Shown here: positions 1 through 8,891 of the stretch, one piece after another
How the letters are laid out: every line of letters begins with the position of its first letter
Numbering within the stretch: position 1 is the stretch's first letter
Origin: Streptosporangiaceae bacterium
GTDB taxonomy: Bacteria > Actinomycetota > Actinomycetes > Streptosporangiales > Streptosporangiaceae
NCBI GenBank assembly: GCA_036567525.1
Contig: DATCUG010000626.1
Location: 1-36,886, forward strand
DNA: 36,886 nucleotides
Reading direction: 5' to 3'
Notes under the pieces: model-generated
The model's input: the letters and a program-made list of their open reading frames with translations, nothing else
Told to the model about the DNA's origin: nothing
Database searches by the model: none
Position numbers and translations under genes: made by a program

Positions 1-289
1 GCAGGCGGGCGAACTTGTCCACCGTGTCCCCGGTCTGGCCGCCGAACAGCTCGGCCAGCGGCAGGTCACCCGCGGCCAGGAAGTGGATGGCCAGGTGGCT
101 GGCCCGCAGCGCCACGCCGTAGGTGTGGTTCGCCTTGGACAGCAGCACGCAGTACCGCGGCGGCGTCATGCTCGACTGGGTGTGGAAGCTGACCAGGCAG
201 CCCGCCCGCTCGCCCGCGGCCGCCGCGGTGACCACGATGAGCGGTGGGTCGAGCGCGGACATCAGCGTGCCGAAACCGTCATCGCTCAT
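1..289 (-). CDS. Flavin reductase-like (FMN-binding split-barrel) protein, N-terminal part; gene runs off the window start
   Basis: The reverse-strand frame is open from the window edge to ATG (complement of 287-289). It translates MSDDGFGTLMSALDPPLIVVTAAAAGERAGCLVSFHTQSS...PRYCVLLSK, typical of the flavin reductase domain family. It overlaps the stop of the upstream gene by 11 nt (ATGAGCGATGA). Confidence 0.55.
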   Translation of the reverse strand, partial: MSDDGFGTLMSALDPPLIVVTAAAAGERAGCLVSFHTQSSMTPPRYCVLLSKANHTYGVALRASHLAIHFLAAGDLPLAELFGGQTGDTVDKFARL

Positions 290-1040
290 CGCGGCCTCGC
301 TCGTAGCGCAGGAACAGCGTGTCATCGGCCTGCAGCACGTGGCGCAGCGCGAAATGACGCAGCGGGGCACCGGGCGGGCTGACCGACACCGGCAGCATGT
401 CACCGCCCATCAGCGGTGCGATGGTCAGGCACAGCTCATCCAGCCGGCCCGCGCCGACCAGCTCGCCCAGCCAGGTCGGGCCGCCCTCGCACAGCACCAC
501 CTGGTGGCCGAGCCCGGCCAGCATGGCCATCGCCTCGTCCGGGTCCACCCGGTCCTGCCCAGCCACGATCACCTCGGCCACCTCACTGGCCCGGGCCAGC
601 CGGGCCGGGTCGGCGGCCGCGCAGGTGATCACCAGGGTGCGCCGGTCCGCCGGGGCGCCGGCGAAGATCCGGGCCGACCAGTTCAGGTCCAGCGACCGGG
701 TCACCACGGCCAGCGGCGGGGTGCCGGGCCGGCCGGCCGCGCGGCGCGCCGCCACCCGGTCCTCGGGCAGCCGGACCGGTCCGTAGCCTTCCTGGCGCAC
801 CGTCTCCGCGCCGACCAGCACCACGTCGGCCAGCGACCGCATCAGGATGAACAGCTCGGCATCCGGGGCGGTGGACAGGTCGCCGACCCGGCCGCCGATG
901 GCCGCGCAGCCGTCCAGGCCGGCCACCATGTGAGCCATCAGCCACGGGCCGCCGTCCGGCCGGGTCCGGTCCACCCGCGCGTAGGGTTCCAGCGGGTCAC
1001 CGATCAGCCCGCCTGGTTGCAGCATCCGCACCCGGCTCAT
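279..1040 (-). CDS. RibD C-terminal domain / dihydrofolate-reductase-family protein (pyrimidine reductase-like)
   Basis: Part of ORF 279..1256(-). The sequence ...WLMAHMVAGLDGCAA...DAELFILMRSLADVVLVGAETVRQEGY...VVLCEGGPTWLGELVGAGRLDELCLTIAPLMGG matches the RibD_C/DHFR-like pattern. Start placed at MSRVRMLQ (ATG complement 1038-1040), because the longer N-terminal extension is Pro/Arg-rich and would overlap the trpS leader. Confidence 0.7.
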   Translation of the reverse strand: MSRVRMLQPGGLIGDPLEPYARVDRTRPDGGPWLMAHMVAGLDGCAAIGGRVGDLSTAPDAELFILMRSLADVVLVGAETVRQEGYGPVRLPEDRVAARRAAGRPGTPPLAVVTRSLDLNWSARIFAGAPADRRTLVITCAAADPARLARASEVAEVIVAGQDRVDPDEAMAMLAGLGHQVVLCEGGPTWLGELVGAGRLDELCLTIAPLMGGDMLPVSVSPPGAPLRHFALRHVLQADDTLFLRYERGRDER

Positions 1041-1070
1041 TGTTACAGTGGATGCGTGACTCGTTCTGGC

Positions 1071-1100
1071 ATGGGCTGGTGGCGCCGCGGTAGGCGGTAG
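1071..1100 (+). promoter_or_regulatory. Putative 9-codon leader peptide ORF MGWWRRGRR with tandem Trp codons, upstream of trpS
   Basis: ATG GGC TGG TGG CGC CGC GGT AGG CGG TAG, read directly at 1071-1100. It lies 90 nt upstream of the trpS start and is followed by a strong hairpin. Confidence 0.45.
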
Positions 1101-1118
1101 CTGTCCCATGCGATGTGA

Positions 1119-1149
1119 CGGCCCGCCTCTGGCGGGCCGGTTCCGTGTC
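1119..1149 (+). terminator. Putative attenuator/terminator hairpin in the trpS leader
   Basis: CGGCCCGCC-TCT-GGCGGGCCG forms a perfect 9-bp GC stem (1119-1127 / 1131-1139) with a 3-nt loop. It is followed by GUUCCGUGU and sits between the leader ORF and the trpS SD (AGGAG 1180-1184). Confidence 0.45.
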
Positions 1150-1189
1150 ACCACCCGGCCGGCTGGAGGCCTGAACTCCAGGAGCTCCG

Positions 1190-2278
1190 GTGCCCACCAC
1201 CCCAGTGCTTGATCCCATGTCCACCGACCCGATCGCCCCGTCGCTGACGGCCGCACGGCAGCGCAGTGCGGAGCTGGAAGCCGCGATCCGGGCCGACCCT
1301 GGCCGGTTCCGGGTGCTCAGCGGGGACCGGCCGACCGGACCGCTGCACATCGGGCACCTGTTCGGCACGCTGGCCAACCGGGTCCGGCTGCAGCGCCTCG
1401 GCGTGGACGTCATGGTGCTGGTGGCCGACTACCAGACCATCACCGACCGGGACTCGCCGGGCACGCTGCCCGCCGACGTGGTCGGGCTGGTCGCCGACTA
1501 CCTGTCCGCCGGGCTGGACCCGGACCGGTGCACGATCTTCGCGCACAGCCAGATCGCCTCGCTGAACCAGCTCATGCTGCCGTTCCTCAGCCTGGTCAGC
1601 GTGGCCGAGCTGGGCCGCAACCCGACCGTCAAGGACGAGTCCGCAGCTGGGCCGATGTCCGCGCTCATGTTCACCTATCCGGTGCACCAGGCGGCGGACA
1701 TCCTGTTCTGCCACGCCAACCTGGTGCCGGTGGGCAAGGACCAGCTGCCGCACGTGGAGGGGACCCGGGTCATCGCGCGCCGGTTCAACGAGCGGTACGC
1801 GCCCGCCCGGCCTTATTTCCCGCTGCCCGACGCACTGCTCACCGACGCCCCGCTGCTGCTCGGCGTGGACGGCCGGAAGATGAGCAAGAGCCGGCACAAC
1901 GCGATCGCGCTGGGCGCCACCGAGGACGAGACGGCCCGGCTGATCCGCGGCGCCCGGACCGACAGCGAGCGCGTGATCAGTTACCAGCCGGCTAGCCGGC
2001 CGGAGGTGTCCAACCTGGTGCAGATCGCCGCGTTGTGCCTGGACCAGCCGCCGGCCGAGGTGGCGGCGGGGATCGGCGACGGGGGCGCGGCGGTGCTCAA
2101 GCGGCTGGTCACCGACGCGCTCAACGAGCGGCTCCGCCCGCTGCGGGCTCGCCGCCGCGAACTGGCCGCCGACCCCGGTTACCTGCGCCAGGTCCTGGCC
2201 GACGGCAACGCGAAGGCCCGGGAGATCGCCGACCGCACGCTGTCCGACGTCCAGTCCCTCATGCACACGGTCTACTGA
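1190..2278 (+). CDS. trpS: Tryptophanyl-tRNA synthetase (class I aaRS)
   Basis: Literal HIGH motif (PTGPLHIGHLFG) and KMSKS motif (GRKMSKSRHN). The ~360 aa size is typical of TrpRS. GTG start at 1190 sits 5 nt after AGGAG; the alternative ATG at 1217 is possible. Confidence 0.93.
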   Translation: MPTTPVLDPMSTDPIAPSLTAARQRSAELEAAIRADPGRFRVLSGDRPTGPLHIGHLFGTLANRVRLQRLGVDVMVLVADYQTITDRDSPGTLPADVVGLVADYLSAGLDPDRCTIFAHSQIASLNQLMLPFLSLVSVAELGRNPTVKDESAAGPMSALMFTYPVHQAADILFCHANLVPVGKDQLPHVEGTRVIARRFNERYAPARPYFPLPDALLTDAPLLLGVDGRKMSKSRHNAIALGATEDETARLIRGARTDSERVISYQPASRPEVSNLVQIAALCLDQPPAEVAAGIGDGGAAVLKRLVTDALNERLRPLRARRRELAADPGYLRQVLADGNAKAREIADRTLSDVQSLMHTVY

Positions 2279-2297
2279 CCGCCTGGTGCGGCCCGGC

Positions 2298-3035
2298 TCA
2301 GGACGGGAGCAGGCGGGTGGGCAGGGCGGTTTCCTCGACCGTGCCGTCCGGGCGGCGGGTGATGTGCCAGGTGGTGGCGCCCGCCACCTCGGTGACGCAG
2401 TCGATCAGTTCGGTGTTCTCGAAGATCAGCGCGGTGCCGTTGTCGGTGGCGTAACCGTCGGGCAGTGTCCCGTCGCCGATCAGCTTGTGGATGGCCGGCC
2501 GCCGCTGCTCCTCGGCGTCGTGATGCGGGCTGTTCGAGTAGGGCAGGAAGCCGAGTCCGTTGGTCACCGGGCGGAGCGGCAGGCCGAACGAGTCGGTGGT
2601 GCCACCCTCGAACCAGCACAGCGAGCCGGCCGACACGCCCATCAGCACCACGCCGGCCTGCCAGGCGGTGCGCATCGCCTGGCCCACGCCGTGCAGCCGC
2701 CACAGCGCCAGCAGGTTGGCCACGCTGCCGCCGGCCACCCACACCACGTCCTGGGCCAGCAGGTACTCGGCGATGTCCGGGACATTCGGCTCGGTGAACA
2801 GCGCCAGGTGGCTCGGCCGCCAGCCGGCCCGGCCGAACGCGCAGTACATCGGGGCCAGCCAGTCGTTGGCGTCGCCCAGCGCGGTGCCGACGATGGCGAC
2901 CCGCGGGCCGTCACCCGCCCGGGCCAGCGCCGCTGCGTGAGCGTACGACGGGCCGAGCCGGAAATCCATCGCCCCGTGCCCGGCGGGCCGGAACCCGATG
3001 CTGGTGGCGACTATGGTCGGAGTTCGCGCTGTCAT
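2298..3035 (-). CDS. Peptidase S51 family (dipeptidase E / cyanophycinase-like)
   Basis: VVWVAGGSVANLLALW and GVSAGSLCWFEGG (GxSAG nucleophile elbow) are typical of S51. Start placed at MTARTPTIV (ATG complement 3033-3035). Confidence 0.75.
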   Translation of the reverse strand: MTARTPTIVATSIGFRPAGHGAMDFRLGPSYAHAAALARAGDGPRVAIVGTALGDANDWLAPMYCAFGRAGWRPSHLALFTEPNVPDIAEYLLAQDVVWVAGGSVANLLALWRLHGVGQAMRTAWQAGVVLMGVSAGSLCWFEGGTTDSFGLPLRPVTNGLGFLPYSNSPHHDAEEQRRPAIHKLIGDGTLPDGYATDNGTALIFENTELIDCVTEVAGATTWHITRRPDGTVEETALPTRLLPS

Positions 3036-3069
3036 CCGGCGATTATGCACCCCGACCGCGGAGGTACTG

Positions 3070-3531
3070 ATGAGCCCCCAGATTGCCCGGGCCGACCGGG
3101 TCGGCCGGGACGAACTGCTCGACTTCATCCGGGACCGGCATCACGTCGTGCTGGTGACCACGAAGCGCGACGGCACCGTGCAATTGTCCCCGGTCACCGC
3201 GGGGCTGGACGGGGCCGCCCGGATCGTCATCTCGACCTACCCGGAGCGGGCCAAGGCGCACAACGCGCGGCGGCACCCGGCCGTGGACGTGCTGGTCCTG
3301 TCGGACGACTTCGGCGATGCCTGGGTGCAGGTCAGCGGGACCGCCGAGGTGCTCGACCTGCCGGAGGCGATGGAGCCGCTGGTGGAGTACTTCCGGTGCA
3401 TCGCCGGAGAGCACAGCGACTGGGACGAGTACCGGGCCGCGATGCGGCGGCAGGGCAAGTCGCTGATCCGGGTCAGCATCGAGCGCTGGGGACCGATCGC
3501 CACCGGCGGTTTCCCGGCCCGGCTGGCCTGA
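3070..3531 (+). CDS. PPOX-class (pyridoxamine 5'-phosphate oxidase fold) probable F420-dependent protein
   Basis: MSPQIARADRVGRDELLDFIRDRHHVVLVTTKRDGTVQLSPV... is the characteristic N-terminus of actinobacterial PPOX/F420 split-barrel proteins. ATG at 3070 is preceded by GGAGG (3059-3063). Confidence 0.75.
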   Translation: MSPQIARADRVGRDELLDFIRDRHHVVLVTTKRDGTVQLSPVTAGLDGAARIVISTYPERAKAHNARRHPAVDVLVLSDDFGDAWVQVSGTAEVLDLPEAMEPLVEYFRCIAGEHSDWDEYRAAMRRQGKSLIRVSIERWGPIATGGFPARLA

Positions 3532-3544
3532 GCCTGAGCCGGCC

Positions 3545-4318
3545 GTGGTGGTGGACGGGCGGAGCTTCGCCGATCTGGTGGCCGAGGCCGCGGCCGAACC
3601 GGTCGAAGGGTGGGACTTCTCCTGGTTCGAGGGCCGGGCCACCGAGGAGCGGCCATCCTGGGGGTATGCCCGGCTGATGGCGGCCCGGATGGCTGACGCG
3701 CGGGCCGCGCTGGACATCGAGACCGGCGGCGGTGAAGTGCTGGCCAGGGCGCTAACTGGGTTGCCGCAGCGGCCGCCGGTGCTGGTCGCCACCGAGTCCT
3801 GGCCGCCGAACCTGGCCATCGCCGCGGTCAGCCTCCGGCCATTCGGCGGCCGGGTGGTGCAGGCGGCCGACGACAGCGGGCTGCCGTTCGCGGTCGGCGC
3901 CTTCGACCTGGTGGTGAGCCGGCACCCGGTCGAGACGGTGTGGCCGGAAGTGGCCCGGGTGCTCCGGCCGGGCGGGCACTACTTCTCGCAGCAGATCGGG
4001 CCCGGCTCGAACCGGGAACTGACCGACTTCATGATGGGCCCGCAGCCGGTCAGCCTGGCCCGGGACCCGGGCCGCGCGGTGGCCGAAGCAGAAGCGGCCG
4101 GGATGATCGTCACCGACGTGCGCGAGCAGGCGCTGCGCACGGTGTTCTACGACGTCGGCGCGGTGGTCTACTTCCTGCGCAAGGTGCTGTGGACGGTGCC
4201 CGGTTTCACCGTCGAGGCCTACCTGGCGCCGCTGCGCCGGATGCATGATCAGATCCAGGCCACGGGGCCGTTCGTGGCGCACGCCCAGCGGTTCCTGATC
4301 GAGGCGCGCAAGCCCTGA
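3545..4318 (+). CDS. Class I SAM-dependent methyltransferase
   Basis: Motif I-like ALDIETGGGEVL and post-I/II FDLVVSRHP, followed by RVLRPGGHYF. Start GTG at 3545 or 3548. Confidence 0.75.
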   Translation: MVVDGRSFADLVAEAAAEPVEGWDFSWFEGRATEERPSWGYARLMAARMADARAALDIETGGGEVLARALTGLPQRPPVLVATESWPPNLAIAAVSLRPFGGRVVQAADDSGLPFAVGAFDLVVSRHPVETVWPEVARVLRPGGHYFSQQIGPGSNRELTDFMMGPQPVSLARDPGRAVAEAEAAGMIVTDVREQALRTVFYDVGAVVYFLRKVLWTVPGFTVEAYLAPLRRMHDQIQATGPFVAHAQRFLIEARKP

Positions 4319-4396
4319 CCGTCGCAGCCTGAGACAACGCCGCCGCAGCGCCTGTCTATAGGATCAGCGTGGGCGGAAGCTGATCGGGAGGCATCG

Positions 4397-4720
4397 ATGA
4401 TCTTCATCGTGGTCAAGTGGACCATCAAGCCGGAGCGCAGCGGCGAGTGGCTCACCCTGGTGGATGACTTCACCCAGGCCACCCGGGCCGAGCCGGGCAA
4501 CATCTTCTTCGAGTGGTCCAAGAGCGTGGACAACCCGGACCAGTTCGTGCTGGTCGAGGCGTTCCAGGACGACGCGGCCGCGGCCCACGTGAACTCGGCG
4601 CACTTCAAGGAGTTCGTCGGCTGGGCGCCGACCGCCGTGGCCAGCACACCGCAGATCATCAGCGTCCAGGGCGTGCCCGGCACCGGCTGGGGCGAGATGG
4701 CGGAGGTCAAGCCCGCCTGA
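4397..4720 (+). CDS. Antibiotic-biosynthesis-monooxygenase (ABM/Dabb) domain protein
   Basis: 107 aa with an IFIVVKWTIKP...F.EWSKSVDNPDQFVLVEAFQDDAAAAHVNSAHFKEF pattern. SD GGGAGG lies 5 nt upstream of the ATG. Confidence 0.75.
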   Translation: MIFIVVKWTIKPERSGEWLTLVDDFTQATRAEPGNIFFEWSKSVDNPDQFVLVEAFQDDAAAAHVNSAHFKEFVGWAPTAVASTPQIISVQGVPGTGWGEMAEVKPA

Positions 4721-4735
4721 GCCGGCCGGGGGCGG

Positions 4736-5383
4736 CTACGGGTCAGCGACCTGGATGCCCGCGTGCTCGGCCAGCACCGGGGCCAGCTCGGCCAGCTGGC
4801 CGGGGGTGATGGTGGCGCCGCGCAGCGCGCCCGGCGTGATGACCAGGCCCAGCTCGGCGCCGCGCAGGTCAACCCGCTCCAGCGTGACGTGGCTGAAGTC
4901 GGTGGCCCGCAGCTGCGAGCCGGGGAACGTGCAGCGGAGCAGGGTGGCTCCGGCGAAGTCCACGTCGCGGAGCAGGCAGTCTACGAACGTCACGTCGGTC
5001 AGCGTCGCGCTGCGCAGGTTAACCCCGTCCAGCTTGCAGTTCCGCAGCGTGACCCGGCGCAGCTCGGCGGCGTCCACGGTCACCCCGGCGGCCACGCAGC
5101 CGGCCAGGATGGCGTCGGTCCAGGCTGTCTCGGTCATTTCGGTCGCGGTCAGCCGCACGTCGGACAGCCACACGTCGTTGAACCGGGCCAGCCGGAACCG
5201 CCCGTCCTGGACCGTCACGTGGGTGAACGCGCACTCCATGAACCGGCTGCTGGCGCCGCGCGGCGCGGCCAGGTCCAGCCCGTCGAAGTGCGCGCCGTCG
5301 TAGTCCGTGTCGGCGGCCAGCGGGCCCTCGTGCGGGCTTATCGTCGCCGCCCAGGGCAGGCCGGCCAGGGTTTCCGGTGCCAT
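4736..5383 (-). CDS. Pentapeptide-repeat protein (right-handed quadrilateral beta-helix, Qnr/MfpA-like fold)
   Basis: Runs of A(D/N)LxX-type pentapeptides are visible: FTHVTVQDGRFRLARFNDVWLSDVRLTATEM...LRNCKLDGVNLRSATLTDVTFVDCLLRDVDFAGATLLRCTFPGSQLRATDFSHVTLERVDLRGAEL. Confidence 0.85.
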   Translation of the reverse strand: MAPETLAGLPWAATISPHEGPLAADTDYDGAHFDGLDLAAPRGASSRFMECAFTHVTVQDGRFRLARFNDVWLSDVRLTATEMTETAWTDAILAGCVAAGVTVDAAELRRVTLRNCKLDGVNLRSATLTDVTFVDCLLRDVDFAGATLLRCTFPGSQLRATDFSHVTLERVDLRGAELGLVITPGALRGATITPGQLAELAPVLAEHAGIQVADP

Positions 5384-5574
5384 CGGGCTTACCCTACGGG
5401 CGGGCTACGACAGGTGCTGGGCCAGGAAGCCCAGGGAGGCTGCATCGGCGGGCGCTCTGCCGTCAACCGGAGTAGTGGTCCGGGCAATCTCCACGTAACC
5501 TGGCCGTTAGTGCACGACGCCCGGCGCCGGGGGGTGCTTTCTGAGGCGCGTTCGTGCACCGGGGGGAGCAGGGC

Positions 5575-6993
5575 ATGAGCAAGGTATCGCCGGGCGTGCT
5601 GTCGGATCCGCACGAGGTGCTGACGCCGGAGGAGTGGCGCCGGCTGGGCCGGGAACGGCGCCGGTTCGTGCCCCGCTCCAGTCACGCCGAATGGTCGCCG
5701 CCGCCCGGCCGCCCCGACCCGGTCAGCATCCTGGAAGAACAGGCCCAGGCGCGGGTGCAGGACCTGGTGCCGATCCGGCACGGGCGGATGGCCGCCTCGC
5801 CGTTCTCCTATTTCCGCGGCGCGGCCGCGCCGATGGCCTGGGACCTGGGCCACCTGCCGTCCACCGACATCCGGGTGCAGTGCTGCGGTGACGCGCACCT
5901 GCTCAACTTCGGCATGTTCGGCGCGCCGGACCGGCGGCTGGTGTTCGACGTGAACGACTTCGACGAGACGCTGCCCGGCCCGTTCGAATGGGACGTCAAG
6001 CGGCTGGCCGCGAGCGTCGCGGTGGCCGCCCGGGACAACGGCCTGGGCCCCCGGGCCGAGCGCACCGCCGCCCGGCGCTGCGCGCACGTGTACCGCACCG
6101 AGATGGACGAGTTCGCCCAGATGCGCTTCCTCGACGTGTGGTACTCCCGGATCGACGTCGACCAGGTCGCCCAGTTGCTGGACGCGGCGCAGTCCCGGAA
6201 GGCGATCCGGCGGCGGAACGAGGACGTGCACAAGGCCTACCGGCACACCAGCGTGCAGGCCCTGGACAAGCTGTGCCACCTGGTCGACGGGGAGTACCGG
6301 ATCAAGCCGGTGCCGCCGGTGGTGGTCCGGTTCGGCATCGAGCACGAGCCGGCCATCGCCGAGGAGCTGCGCGGCGCGATCGACCGGTACCGGGAGACCA
6401 TCCAGGCCGACCGCCGCGAGGTGCTGCGCCGCTACTACTTCGGCGACTTCGCCCGCAAGGTGGTCGGCGTCGGCTCGGTCGGCACCGAGGCGTTCATCTT
6501 CCTGCTGCTTGGCGACCGGCCCGATGAGCCGCTGTTCCTCCAGCTCAAGGAGGCGCAGGAGTCGGTGCTGGCCCCGTTCGCCGGGCCGAGCGAGTACAAG
6601 CACCAGGGCGAGCGGGTGGTCCGCGGCCAGAAGCTGATGCAGGCCGCGGGCGACCCGTTCCTGGGCTGGACCAGCGGGCTGCAGCTCGACGGCGCCCCGG
6701 CCAAGGAGTACTACGTCCGGCAGCTCCGCGACATGAAGGGCGCGATGAACGTGCCGGCCATGGACGCGGCGCAGCTCACCTATTACGCCGGGCTGTGCGG
6801 CTGGGCGCTGGCCCGGGCGCACGCCCGGACCGGCCGGGCCGCGATGATCTCCGGCTACCTGGGGTCCAGCGACCGGTTCGACCGGGCCATCGAGGAGTTC
6901 GCGGTCGCGTACGCGAACCAGAACGAGCTTGACTACCGGCGGCTGCTCAGCGCGATCGAGTGCCGCCAGCTCACCGCGATCGAAGGCCTTTAG
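5575..6993 (+). CDS. DUF2252 family protein
   Basis: HAEWSPP..RPDPVSILEEQAQARVQDLVPIRHGRMAASPFSYFRGAA...CCGDAHLLNFG.F..PDRRLVFDVNDFDET is the hallmark DUF2252 N-terminal region as I recall it. ATG at 5575 follows GGGGGGAG; the ORF track start at 5554 (GTG) is the alternative. Confidence 0.75.
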   Translation: MSKVSPGVLSDPHEVLTPEEWRRLGRERRRFVPRSSHAEWSPPPGRPDPVSILEEQAQARVQDLVPIRHGRMAASPFSYFRGAAAPMAWDLGHLPSTDIRVQCCGDAHLLNFGMFGAPDRRLVFDVNDFDETLPGPFEWDVKRLAASVAVAARDNGLGPRAERTAARRCAHVYRTEMDEFAQMRFLDVWYSRIDVDQVAQLLDAAQSRKAIRRRNEDVHKAYRHTSVQALDKLCHLVDGEYRIKPVPPVVVRFGIEHEPAIAEELRGAIDRYRETIQADRREVLRRYYFGDFARKVVGVGSVGTEAFIFLLLGDRPDEPLFLQLKEAQESVLAPFAGPSEYKHQGERVVRGQKLMQAAGDPFLGWTSGLQLDGAPAKEYYVRQLRDMKGAMNVPAMDAAQLTYYAGLCGWALARAHARTGRAAMISGYLGSSDRFDRAIEEFAVAYANQNELDYRRLLSAIECRQLTAIEGL

Positions 6994-7003
6994 CCGAACG
7001 CCA

Positions 7004-8626
7004 CTACCCGCCTGATGCCGCCCAGATGGCCCGGACGGCGTCGATGGTGTCGGCCTCGGCGGGTTGCTTGTCGGGCCGGTAGCGGAGCACCCGGGCGAAC
7101 CGGAGGGCCAGGCCGCCCGGGTAGCGGGGACTGGACTGCACCCCGTCGAACGCGATCTCCACGACCAGCTCCGGCCGGACCCGGACCACGCCGTATCCGC
7201 GAGCCGGGTCCCGGGCCGGCTGGCCGGGCGGGTCGGCCAGCTCCAGCAGCTCGGTGGTCTGCCAGCCGAGCATCTGGTCGGTGAGCCCTTTGAACGTCTT
7301 GCCCAGCATGACGAACCCGCCGCCGGCCGGGTCCCGCGCGCCCAGGTGCAGGTTGGACAGCCAGCCGCGGCGGCGGCCGTGGCCCCATTCGGCGGCCAGC
7401 ACGACCAGGTCGAGGGTGTGCCGCGGCTTAACCTTGATCCACTCGCTGCCCCGGCGGCCGGCCGCGTACGGCGCGTCCAGCGACTTGACCACCACGCCCT
7501 CATGGCCACGGCCGACCGCGTCGGCGAAGAACCCCTCCGCCTCGGCGGCATCGCTGGTCACGATGCGCGGCACCCGGAGGTCCGCCGGCAGGACGGCGGT
7601 CAGCAGGCGCTGGCGTTCGGCGGCTGGCTCGTCGATGAGATCGCGGCCATCGAGGTGCAGCAGGTCGAAGAAGAACGGGGTGAGCGGGACGTCCGGCCGG
7701 TCCGGGCCGGGCGCGCCCTGGGTACCGGCCCGGCTCGCGGTCACCTGGAACGGGCGGGGCCGGCCGTCCGGGCCCAGCGCGATCGCCTCGCCGTCCAGGA
7801 CCAGGGACTCCGCGTCCGCGGCCAGCACCGCCGCGGTGATCTCGGGCAGCCGGCCGGTGATGTCGTCCAGGCTGCGGGTGAACACGGTGACCTGGCCGCC
7901 CTGGCGGTGCACCTGGACCCGGACGCCGTCGATCTTCCACTCGACCGCGGCCGGGGACACCCGGCCGAACGCGGCGGCCACGGTGGGCGCGGACGCGGCC
8001 AGCATGGGCCGCAGCGGGCGGCCCACCTGGAGGTGGAACTCGCCCAGCGCGGCGGACGCGGCCCCGGGACCGTCCCCGGCCGACAGGGCGGCCTGGGCCA
8101 CCGCGGGCAGTGAGCCGCCCAGCAGGTGCGCGCGGCGCACTTCCTCCGGGCTCACCCCGGCCGCGCGGGCCACCGCATCGCTCATCACGCCGGCCAGCGC
8201 GCCCTGGTGCAGTTCGCCGCCGAGCAGCCGGGTCAGGAACGAGCGCTCGGCCGGGGTGGCCCGGCTGAACACGGCGCCGAGCAGCCGCCGCCGCTCGGCC
8301 TGGGTGCCGGGCCCGCTGATCGCGCCGATGGCGGCGAACGCGGCGTCCACGTCGGCCAGCGTGAGCGGGGGGCCAGCCGGCCCGGGCCCGGCATCGGCGG
8401 TGCCGTCCGGGCTGGCCCAGAGCGCGTCGCCAAGCAGGTCCCGGATGGCCGCGAAGCCGACGCCGATCTGGCGCTGCCGGAGCTCACCGGACAGGAAGGC
8501 CACCACCACCGGCACCTCGGCGGGCGTGGCCTGGCGCAGCAGCGTGGCGATCGCGTCGATCTTGGTTTTCCGGCCCGGCGCCCCGGCCACCGCCCCTGAC
8601 GTGCGCACCAGCTCGCTAAGCAGCAC
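7004..8626 (-). CDS. ligB: ATP-dependent DNA ligase (LigB type)
   Basis: Adenylation motif I EWKIDGVRVQVH (KxDG), then ..EGVVVKS.., WIKVKP, LDLVVLAAEWGHGRRRGWLSNLHLGARD and PGGLALRFARVLRYRPDK. It is collinear with mycobacterial LigB as I remember it. That homolog starts MLL.., so the start is placed at GTG (complement 8624-8626, VLLSELVRTS) rather than at 8758. Confidence 0.88.
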   Translation of the reverse strand: MLLSELVRTSGAVAGAPGRKTKIDAIATLLRQATPAEVPVVVAFLSGELRQRQIGVGFAAIRDLLGDALWASPDGTADAGPGPAGPPLTLADVDAAFAAIGAISGPGTQAERRRLLGAVFSRATPAERSFLTRLLGGELHQGALAGVMSDAVARAAGVSPEEVRRAHLLGGSLPAVAQAALSAGDGPGAASAALGEFHLQVGRPLRPMLAASAPTVAAAFGRVSPAAVEWKIDGVRVQVHRQGGQVTVFTRSLDDITGRLPEITAAVLAADAESLVLDGEAIALGPDGRPRPFQVTASRAGTQGAPGPDRPDVPLTPFFFDLLHLDGRDLIDEPAAERQRLLTAVLPADLRVPRIVTSDAAEAEGFFADAVGRGHEGVVVKSLDAPYAAGRRGSEWIKVKPRHTLDLVVLAAEWGHGRRRGWLSNLHLGARDPAGGGFVMLGKTFKGLTDQMLGWQTTELLELADPPGQPARDPARGYGVVRVRPELVVEIAFDGVQSSPRYPGGLALRFARVLRYRPDKQPAEADTIDAVRAIWAASGG

Positions 8627-8891
8627 ACACGCATTGTGCCTGACTGATCCGACAGCCCCGGCGGGGGCCGGCCCCGCACCAAAGTGAGCCCTTCCGGTCA
8701 GATATTTGTTAGCTAAAGCCGCTTGCGCGCTATTACTACTAGGCGGTAACTTTCGCAAATCGTCCGGCTGTGGGGTTGCTCACGCACGGCCGGAACGATC
8801 CGACAACGGTGCCGGCGCTTGACCCCCCTCCGCTATGCGGCGCGCACCATGGACCACCCAGCACCATGGACAAACTGTGCCAGGAGCCGCC

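Noticed and set aside
1073-1140. A T-box riboswitch upstream of trpS. GGUGGCGCCGCG at 1079-1090 resembles the T-box core GGUGGNACCGCG, and its UGGC would even match a G-discriminator tRNA-Trp.
   Set aside because: - I could not build the canonical antiterminator. No complementary 3' strand directly follows, and the spacer to the terminator 5' arm is about 30 nt.
- Only ~30 nt of intergenic DNA lie upstream, with no room for Stem I or a specifier loop unless it overlaps the divergent coding region.
- The match is largely created by the TGG TGG codons.
- The leader-peptide model is more parsimonious.
- An Infernal scan with Rfam RF00230 would settle it.
5510-5559. The imperfect inverted repeat GTGCACGACGC ... 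GCGTTCGTGCAC upstream of the DUF2252 gene, considered as an operator or attenuator.
   Set aside because: The arms differ by an indel, the 27-nt spacer is GC-rich and unremarkable, and the 3' arm overlaps one of the two candidate start codons. It is too weak to call without conservation data.
5389-7551. A very long antisense ORF (720 aa). Similar shadow ORFs are 1148-2266(-), 2286-3677(+), 16730-18400(+), 18620-19825(+), 21425-22507(-) and 27838-29148(+).
   Set aside because: Their translations are Arg/Pro/Gly/Ala-rich low-complexity sequence with no recognisable motifs. They lie opposite, or out of frame with, genes that carry clear family signatures. Stop-codon-poor alternative frames are expected at this GC content.
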